From contig CAYPBQ010000002.1 in NCBI GenBank assembly GCA_964409035.1, positions 83,267 through 147,266 on the forward strand: DNA of 64,000 nt. The letters are read 5' to 3'. This DNA comes from an uncultured Candidatus Saccharibacteria bacterium (GTDB taxonomy: Bacteria; Patescibacteriota; Minisyncoccia; Phycocordibacterales; UBA12088). Made by a program: the position numbers and the translations under genes. This document shows positions 57,446 through 64,000 of the stretch, piece after piece. Under the pieces are notes generated by a model. The model ran no database searches, was not told where the DNA came from, and saw only the letters and a program-made list of their open reading frames with translations. Position 1 is the stretch's first letter; every line of letters starts with the position of its first letter.

Positions 57446-58252
57446 ATGCGAGCCAAAAAAAGCCTTGGGCAACACTTTTTAACAAGTACTTCAGCAGTTT
57501 CATCCATTATTGCTGCCGCAAAGTTAGATAAAAACGATGTGGTAATTGAAATAGGCCCCGGAAAAGGAGTGCTCACAAGGGCGCTGCTGCAGCATGTAGG
57601 GAAGGTTGTTGCCATTGAAAAAGACCCTGACATGATTTCATTTCTCTCTGAGGAATTTGCGCCCGAGCTTCAAAGTGGCTCACTCTTGTTATACGAGGGC
57701 GGTGCTGAAGAAATTAGCTTTGACTCACTAATATTAGGTGAGTATAAAATTGTGGCTAACATTCCGTATTATATTACCGGTCTTCTGCTACGACATATTT
57801 TTTCACAAAAAAGGCTTCCATCATGTGCGGTATTACTAGTCCAGAAGGAGGTCGCGACACGAATCGCAAGGGATGAAAAGGAGAGTATCCTCTCTCTTTC
57901 AGTAAAGGTGTATGGAAACCCGGTGTACATTCAAACCGTAAAAGCAGGCAGTTTTTCTCCTGTTCCTAAGGTTGATTCAGCAATTCTGGCTATTTATGAT
58001 ATACAACGAAATAATATTGAATCGCCACACAAAGAAAAGGTGTTTTTTACCTTAATTAAGGAGGGGTTTAGCAAAAAGAGAAAGTTACTTGTATCAAATT
58101 TATCAAGTGTATTACCTAAAGAGGATATTCTTAGAGCATTTATGGATGCCGACATTTCGAACAGTGCAAGAGCGGAAGATGTTCATCTTTCAAAATGGCT
58201 GACTATTACCACATCACTTGAAAGACTAATCCACAGCAACAATACAAATTAG
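57446..58252 (+). CDS. rsmA: 16S rRNA dimethyladenosine transferase
   Basis: KKSLGQHFL, EIGPGKG, ANIPYYIT, QKEVA, F.P.PKVDS. Confidence 0.96.
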   Translation: MRAKKSLGQHFLTSTSAVSSIIAAAKLDKNDVVIEIGPGKGVLTRALLQHVGKVVAIEKDPDMISFLSEEFAPELQSGSLLLYEGGAEEISFDSLILGEYKIVANIPYYITGLLLRHIFSQKRLPSCAVLLVQKEVATRIARDEKESILSLSVKVYGNPVYIQTVKAGSFSPVPKVDSAILAIYDIQRNNIESPHKEKVFFTLIKEGFSKKRKLLVSNLSSVLPKEDILRAFMDADISNSARAEDVHLSKWLTITTSLERLIHSNNTN

Positions 58253-58297
58253 CTATTCTGTAATAAAACTCTGCTATACTTTGCAGGAAGGGTATTT

Positions 58298-59335
58298 ATG
58301 AACGAATCCATACTTCCAAGCAAGCAGTTTATTATTACCGTGATTGTTATTACGCTAGTGCTTGGCGGTGGTATCGCCGTATTTTTAAGCACGAGAGAAT
58401 CCGCAAGCAAATTTTTTGCTGAATCAAACGAGAAAGAGATGCGGGAAATTGCAGAAAAACTGGTCGCGTCTGACGAAGATGAGGATGGACTACTTGATTG
58501 GGAAGAATCGCTTTGGAAAACTGATGTAAAAAATGCAGACACTGATGGCGACGGCACATTAGATGGCGAAGAAATACAGATCGGAAGAGACCCACTTAAA
58601 CCTGCCCCAGGTGATGAAATCACCGTTCAGAGTATTGAAGTATTTAGGGATAATGCCGTAGCTGATGCGGAAGGGAGGAGTAGTAACCTTACCGCTGAAT
58701 TTGCTAAAAACTTTTTTATTGAGTACGCAAAAACCAAAGAGGCAGGTCTTCCTGTTGGGATCATGGGGGCAAGTATTCAAAAAGTAGAGAATTTGATTCC
58801 TCAAGATCAATACGAAAATAGGAAGCCTCTTTTTACAGAGGAAGATATTTTGATAGCGCCATCACAAGACAATTACGCCCTGCGAACGTATGGAAATGAG
58901 GTAGGACTTGCGTTAAAAAACCACCCTGTGGTAGGGGAGAACATGCTTGATGTATTCTACCGAGCACTGCGGAGCGGAAACAAAGCAGAGCTTGATACCC
59001 TACGAGCCTCAGCTACTTCTGTAGACAAGTTGGCAGAAGAAATAATCTCAATACGAGTACCTGAGCCGCTAGTAGCTAGTCATGTTGAGCTATTGAATAG
59101 CTTGGCGCTTTTTAATGAATTACTTGTTGCGTTTGGTAATACGTACGAAGATCCACTGGGCGCAACTATTGCTATGACCTATTACCCTAAGACCGCTAAA
59201 GAACTAGCAATTGTAGCAATATCGACCGCAAAGTACTTTGAGTCGAGGGATATTGTGTATGCACGAAATGACCCAGGGTATGTATTTAATGAACTACTTG
59301 TTATTTATAAGAGATCGCCGAATCTATTTATATGA
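58298..59335 (+). CDS. Membrane-anchored protein with DxDxDG Ca-binding (bacterial TSP3-like) repeats
   Basis: TM, SDEDEDGLLDWEE, DTDGDGTLDGEE...DP. Confidence 0.8.
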   Translation: MNESILPSKQFIITVIVITLVLGGGIAVFLSTRESASKFFAESNEKEMREIAEKLVASDEDEDGLLDWEESLWKTDVKNADTDGDGTLDGEEIQIGRDPLKPAPGDEITVQSIEVFRDNAVADAEGRSSNLTAEFAKNFFIEYAKTKEAGLPVGIMGASIQKVENLIPQDQYENRKPLFTEEDILIAPSQDNYALRTYGNEVGLALKNHPVVGENMLDVFYRALRSGNKAELDTLRASATSVDKLAEEIISIRVPEPLVASHVELLNSLALFNELLVAFGNTYEDPLGATIAMTYYPKTAKELAIVAISTAKYFESRDIVYARNDPGYVFNELLVIYKRSPNLFI

Positions 59336-61038
59336 AATCAGTTGTTGGGGTAATCACATCTCTTCTGACTCGCTATATTGCGCCTTCTACAATAATAATG
59401 GCGTTGTTTGCTCCTTCAGTATTCATCATAGCAACCCCACAAAAGACTGAGGCGTTGTTTGGATTCGGCACAGTACCAGTAATTGATGTCGACAATTTAT
59501 TTACCAATGTTGCAAACACGGTTGAGGCTGTGTGGGCAACACTAAAGGAGTCCACACTTGATGGAATTGCCTGGTATCTAGCCAAATTAGTAATACAACG
59601 AATGACTGTTGAAATTATCAACTGGATCAATAGGGACTTTGAAGGGTATCCACAATTTGTTAATAACCTTGGGGTATTTCTTACTGATATTGCTGACCAA
59701 GCAACCGGCGCATTTATCCGAGAGAATAACCTTGAATATTTATGTAACCCCCTGAGTATCCGAATCGCCTTGCTTACCTATCAATACGAGCCTATTCAGC
59801 AAAGATACTCGTGTACCCTCTCTAGGGTGGTAAATAATATCGACTCATTTATCCAAGGAAATTTTGCTGAGGGTGGGTGGACTGGATGGTTTTCACACGC
59901 AACTATCCCCACCAACAACCTCCCAGGGCAATATCTTGTGATACAGGGTGAACTTGTTAAGTACGCAAACAAAAAAGAAGAGAATCAGAAAAACTACCTC
60001 TCTTATGGGCAGGGTATGTTTTCAGACCTCTCATTTGAATGGTGTCAAACTGTTGAAAATACTGAGGGAGTACCTGATGGGGCAGGTGGGGTTAGATATG
60101 AGGCAGGAATGACTAGAGATGATTGCCCAATAAAGACTCCGGGCAAGTTGATAACCGACCAGCTAAGTTGGGTAACCACAAGTCCACTTAGACAACAAGA
60201 GCTTGCTGATGAGCTAAATGAGGCTATATCAGCCATACTTAGCACGCTAATGAGTAAGCTACTCTCTGATGGACTTGCATATCTTACTTCAAGCGGCTTA
60301 GGAAGAGGTTCTGCTGGATCTTCGTATGATGATCTTTTGCGAGAAGATATCGCGCGCCAACAAGATCGCGTAACTCAAGACATTGTGCTCCAGATAGATC
60401 AGCAAATTGAAGAGGAGCTCGCGCTTGGTAGGGAGCTTGGATGTTATGGAGAGGATCCAGGAGATGGTGATGGAGGAGGAGGTGGGGGCGGCGGAGGGGG
60501 CGATATTGGGGGAAATGAATTTCGTGATGTACCTATCGGTGACAGATCAGAACTTCCTGATACCACCACATTCTCAAATATTAGATACACCCCCGCTGAT
60601 TCGTATGCGGCATATCAATCATCTGGTCTTGAGCCTCTTACCCCAACGGAGTACTACGAGCAGCTTGTCCTTGGTGGATTTATCGATACACCAACTAGTA
60701 CTTCGTGGAGTGAGAACTTTACCCTTAGAGAAGTTGGCATAGATGAAGGTTCTATTATTATAGAAAGGACTGGTGAGGATGCGTACCGAGTACTCTATGA
60801 TGCAAATGGCGACGATGTACGAGAGGTCATCGCAACCACCAGAGAAGTAGAGGGGCAGTCGGGTGTTTACGCCTTTACTCGAGTGACTGGTGAGGATTTA
60901 GGATTTCAAAATCTTGGCGTAAGAAGTAATGTTGCTGCCGGAGCGGTAAATGAGGCACTACGAGAGTATTACTTAATAAATGAAAATCCTCCTCAAACAA
61001 AACTTGATCCAGTAGGCGCTGGCGGATCGACCCAGTAA
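59332..61038 (+). CDS. Secreted hypothetical protein (helical core, poly-Gly linker, C-terminal beta domain)
   Basis: Signal-like N-terminus, IINWIN..F.G.PQFV, TPG..I..QL, ADELNE, poly-Gly run. Confidence 0.75.
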   Translation: MKSVVGVITSLLTRYIAPSTIIMALFAPSVFIIATPQKTEALFGFGTVPVIDVDNLFTNVANTVEAVWATLKESTLDGIAWYLAKLVIQRMTVEIINWINRDFEGYPQFVNNLGVFLTDIADQATGAFIRENNLEYLCNPLSIRIALLTYQYEPIQQRYSCTLSRVVNNIDSFIQGNFAEGGWTGWFSHATIPTNNLPGQYLVIQGELVKYANKKEENQKNYLSYGQGMFSDLSFEWCQTVENTEGVPDGAGGVRYEAGMTRDDCPIKTPGKLITDQLSWVTTSPLRQQELADELNEAISAILSTLMSKLLSDGLAYLTSSGLGRGSAGSSYDDLLREDIARQQDRVTQDIVLQIDQQIEEELALGRELGCYGEDPGDGDGGGGGGGGGGDIGGNEFRDVPIGDRSELPDTTTFSNIRYTPADSYAAYQSSGLEPLTPTEYYEQLVLGGFIDTPTSTSWSENFTLREVGIDEGSIIIERTGEDAYRVLYDANGDDVREVIATTREVEGQSGVYAFTRVTGEDLGFQNLGVRSNVAAGAVNEALREYYLINENPPQTKLDPVGAGGSTQ

Positions 61039-61121
61039 TAATGGAGTGGGGAGGTTATAAAAATTTATTCAAAAGCATCGAAGCACACACCAGAGTTGCA
61101 ACCAGCAAAGATTCATAAAAT

Positions 61122-62900
61122 ATGACTCAGTTAAAATCACTTCTCATCTCATCACTTCTCATCATTAGCGCATATGCTGGTTCAATTTGGTTTTATTCAG
61201 ATTCGCTTTCTGCACAAAGCCCTCCAAGAGAGGCGGTAACCTGTGAGGAGGTTGATACTACCATCGCACAACTCACCGCCCTTCGCGCACGAGCAGAGGC
61301 AGCAGACACACCAGAGGAGATACAAGCGATAGTAGATGAGTTTAACAGGCTAGAGACACATAACGGCAATGACCTTTTGGTGGCACAGCAAGAAAATCAA
61401 CTTGAAGATAGGAGGGAGTATTTGATAAGTAGGATAGAAGACACTATAGAGGTAGATACTGCGCAAGGTGGAAGAAATGCTGAAGAGCTTAATGATCTAC
61501 TAGCACGAGCAGAGACAGCAAATAACATTACCGAGCTTGGACGAGTAGAGGGAGAGCTCACTGAGATACGTGGAAGGTTAGGACTAAGTGGAGGTGGGGG
61601 TAGTGGAGGAGGTGGTGGAGGTGGGGGCGGGGTGATTGGTGGAGGGGGAGATGGGTCATGGGCAGGAGGCGTACTTGATGGAAGTGGAAAAGCTAATCGT
61701 GTTCCGATACCCGCCTTTACAAGAACCATAGTGCTTAACCCTGGTGATGACATACAAGCCGCAATAAACTCTGCGGGGCCTGGAACAGATATACAACTAA
61801 GAAGCGGCACATACTCATTCCGCAATATTTCTATAAATGGAAAGCAGGGTAATCCAAATGCGTGGATACGACTTGGAAACGCACCAGGAGAACGTCCAGT
61901 ACTAAAACCAACAGGTGGATATGCTGGTATAAGTGTTTTAGGAGGTTCAAGCTACGTCCTTATAGAAGGGTTAGAAGTAGATGGAAATAGAGTAGGAACA
62001 ACCCTTCCTGACGGAACCTACATTGGTTCATGGAATGACATGCTTAACTATTCAAACAGAAGTTGTGGCAACATTGGGTACCATTGCAATCAAGGGATTC
62101 ACATAGGGTGCGGAGGTTGTACTACAAACCAAGCGCATCACGTCGTAGTGAGGGACAATATCACCCACGACTTTGGCGGGTCAGGTATAACCACCTTTGC
62201 AGCTGACTATGTGGTAATCGAAGACAATGTGTCATTTAACAATGGTAACTTCTCTCGCTATGGCGAGAGCGGTATTTCTGCAGGTTTTCCTGTCATGACT
62301 GGTGGTGGAAGTTTGAATGATTATGGCTTTATAGTGCGAAGAAATATCACCTTCAACAATAAACAATTTCTTGGCTCAATAGATTGCGGTTGCGGTCCTG
62401 GTATCACCGACGGTAACGGCATAATTGTTGATGGAGCGGATCATTTTGGAGCATACAGAAGAACACTGCTTGAGAGCAATCTCTCGTATAACAATGGAGT
62501 TGAGGTTTCAGGGCAAGGAGTACACGGCACGGGTATGCACTCGGTAGATTCAAGTAATGTTGATTTTATAAACAACACTGCATACAACAATGCCGCGGGA
62601 CAAATATTTGCGTGTTGTAATTCGCGCAACAATACCTTCTACAACAACATAGCAATTGGTCCAAGGGCTCTTTTCACCGCAAGTGGGGGTTCCGGAACAG
62701 GAAAGTGCAACATTGTAAGTGCTAGTGAAAATGTAACCGCTACCGTTGCTGACCCTCTCTTTGTTAACCCCGGCGCAGGTGATTTTAGCTTGCGAGCAGG
62801 ATCGCCCGCCATTAATGCCGCATGCGATGTAACCGCATCCGCGGACCTAAATGGCAAAACCGCAAATGGCATCAAAGATATTGGGGCAATTGAAATGTAG
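61122..62900 (+). CDS. Secreted protein: helical module + poly-Gly linker + right-handed parallel beta-helix (pectin-lyase-like)
   Basis: Signal peptide, IQAAINSAGPG, Asn-ladder repeats (RDNITH, EDNVSFNN, NNTAYNN), DPLFVN...DFSL...SPAIN, DIGAIE. Confidence 0.85.
   Translation: MTQLKSLLISSLLIISAYAGSIWFYSDSLSAQSPPREAVTCEEVDTTIAQLTALRARAEAADTPEEIQAIVDEFNRLETHNGNDLLVAQQENQLEDRREYLISRIEDTIEVDTAQGGRNAEELNDLLARAETANNITELGRVEGELTEIRGRLGLSGGGGSGGGGGGGGGVIGGGGDGSWAGGVLDGSGKANRVPIPAFTRTIVLNPGDDIQAAINSAGPGTDIQLRSGTYSFRNISINGKQGNPNAWIRLGNAPGERPVLKPTGGYAGISVLGGSSYVLIEGLEVDGNRVGTTLPDGTYIGSWNDMLNYSNRSCGNIGYHCNQGIHIGCGGCTTNQAHHVVVRDNITHDFGGSGITTFAADYVVIEDNVSFNNGNFSRYGESGISAGFPVMTGGGSLNDYGFIVRRNITFNNKQFLGSIDCGCGPGITDGNGIIVDGADHFGAYRRTLLESNLSYNNGVEVSGQGVHGTGMHSVDSSNVDFINNTAYNNAAGQIFACCNSRNNTFYNNIAIGPRALFTASGGSGTGKCNIVSASENVTATVADPLFVNPGAGDFSLRAGSPAINAACDVTASADLNGKTANGIKDIGAIEM
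61260..61650 (+). repeat. 391-bp direct repeat, copy 1
   Basis: Identical by inspection to 63047-63437. Confidence 0.95.
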
Positions 62901-62911
62901 GTTCTCGCATC

Positions 62912-64000
62912 ATGAAAAACGCAATCAGTATAAGTAGTTTAGTGTCATTTATACTAATTGCGATTGCCTGTGTAAGTATTATTCCAACAAAGGGTAGTGC
63001 TCAGACACCACCACAAGAACCAATAACGTGCCAAGAAGTTTCTTCCACCATCGCACAACTCACCGCCCTTCGCGCACGAGCAGAGGCAGCAGACACACCA
63101 GAGGAGATACAAGCGATAGTAGATGAGTTTAACAGGCTAGAGACACATAACGGCAATGACCTTTTGGTGGCACAGCAAGAAAATCAACTTGAAGATAGGA
63201 GGGAGTATTTGATAAGTAGGATAGAAGACACTATAGAGGTAGATACTGCGCAAGGTGGAAGAAATGCTGAAGAGCTTAATGATCTACTAGCACGAGCAGA
63301 GACAGCAAATAACATTACCGAGCTTGGACGAGTAGAGGGAGAGCTCACTGAGATACGTGGAAGGTTAGGACTAAGTGGAGGTGGGGGTAGTGGAGGAGGT
63401 GGTGGAGGTGGGGGCGGGGTGATTGGTGGAGGGGGAGGGGGCACCACTACACCAGGAACAGGGGTAGGATCAGGTACCGCAGCGGGTACTGCAACTGATA
63501 CAGGCTTTGTGCCTGCGGGATATACCCTCGCATGGAATGATGAGTTTAACTCCCTAAGTCTAGGAAGTGGGTCCGCGTTTAGATGGACACCATTTGATAC
63601 CCTCGCAGCAAATGCAGGATATGACGCAAAAGGAAGAATACTTGCAAGTAACAGCTCTGATGCAATTTGGGTTGCTGACCACGAGATGGGTGCAAGTGGA
63701 ACACGAACATATGGTGACGCATTTAAAGCGGCGGGTACTTATGGCGATGGGCCATTCTTCCATGAAGTTTCGAGTGGTGCACTTGCCATGCGGGCATACC
63801 CAGTACCAAGCTCGGTTCGTAACGAATTTATTGCCTATGGATGGCCACAAGGCGCTCCTTATGCCGCAGGTGGAATATTTGGCTCACTCTCACACACACA
63901 GACATACGGCTACTATGAGGTGCGGCTTCGCGTAAACTCAATAACAAGAGGTCAGCATTTTGCGCTTTGGCTACTACAAGACGATCTGGCGTGGCCTCCT
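62912..64000 (+). CDS. Secreted protein: same helical module + poly-Gly linker + GH16 glycoside hydrolase domain (cut off by the window end)
   Basis: Manual translation MKNAISISSLVSF...; GYTLAWNDEFN, QTYGYYEVR, ALWLL...WPP just before the expected EIDxxE motif. Confidence 0.82.
   Translation, partial: MKNAISISSLVSFILIAIACVSIIPTKGSAQTPPQEPITCQEVSSTIAQLTALRARAEAADTPEEIQAIVDEFNRLETHNGNDLLVAQQENQLEDRREYLISRIEDTIEVDTAQGGRNAEELNDLLARAETANNITELGRVEGELTEIRGRLGLSGGGGSGGGGGGGGGVIGGGGGGTTTPGTGVGSGTAAGTATDTGFVPAGYTLAWNDEFNSLSLGSGSAFRWTPFDTLAANAGYDAKGRILASNSSDAIWVADHEMGASGTRTYGDAFKAAGTYGDGPFFHEVSSGALAMRAYPVPSSVRNEFIAYGWPQGAPYAAGGIFGSLSHTQTYGYYEVRLRVNSITRGQHFALWLLQDDLAWPP
63047..63437 (+). repeat. 391-bp direct repeat, copy 2
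   Basis: Identical by inspection to 61260-61650. Confidence 0.95.

Noticed and set aside
60470-61650. Poly-G/GGA runs as G-quadruplex or phase-variation tracts
   Set aside because: They encode in-frame poly-Gly linkers with mixed codons; no long homopolymer or frameshift seen.
1-64000. Alternative genetic code (UGA=Gly, as in Gracilibacteria/Absconditabacteria)
   Set aside because: Conserved genes are full length under code 11 and several end at TGA (GGDEF gene, pilW-like pilin, xer recombinase).

Overview
64 kb of an AT-rich, gene-dense bacterial chromosome. Gene content and style suggest a Patescibacteria/CPR (Parcubacteria-like) organism using standard code 11: split ComEC, trigger factor without a PPIase domain, a TrpR-like YerC/YecD gene, type IV pilus genes and mostly leaderless genes. 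This taxonomic call is inference. The window holds the str cluster (rpsL-rpsG-fusA, then tuf cut off at the edge), rpmB, rpsO, nusA, pnp, rny, tig-clpP, recJ, rnhA, pgk/tpiA, a pilB-pilC-minor pilin cluster, competence genes (comEC, comM, yraN), xth, a Xer-type recombinase, pcrA, rsmA, a CCA-adding enzyme and four tRNAs (Gly-TCC, Pro-TGG, Gly-GCC, Arg-TCG). The most striking unannotated structure is at 36.0-37.6 kb (- strand): two paralogous units that look like ribosome-mediated attenuators. Each has a sigma70 promoter, a leaderless 20-22 aa leader peptide (one Phe/Tyr/Trp-rich, one Ile/Leu/Val/Thr-rich), competing antiterminator/terminator helices and an identical 14-nt boxA-like element, yet each controls a small orphan ORF rather than a biosynthetic gene. 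Other highlights: a TrpR-like gene bracketed by identical 26-bp palindromes (family of four GCGATATATCGC sites); small structured elements bounded by tRNA-derived repeats behind both tRNA-Gly genes; and two tandem secreted proteins sharing a 391-bp identical helical module fused to different glycan-active domains (beta-helix vs GH16).
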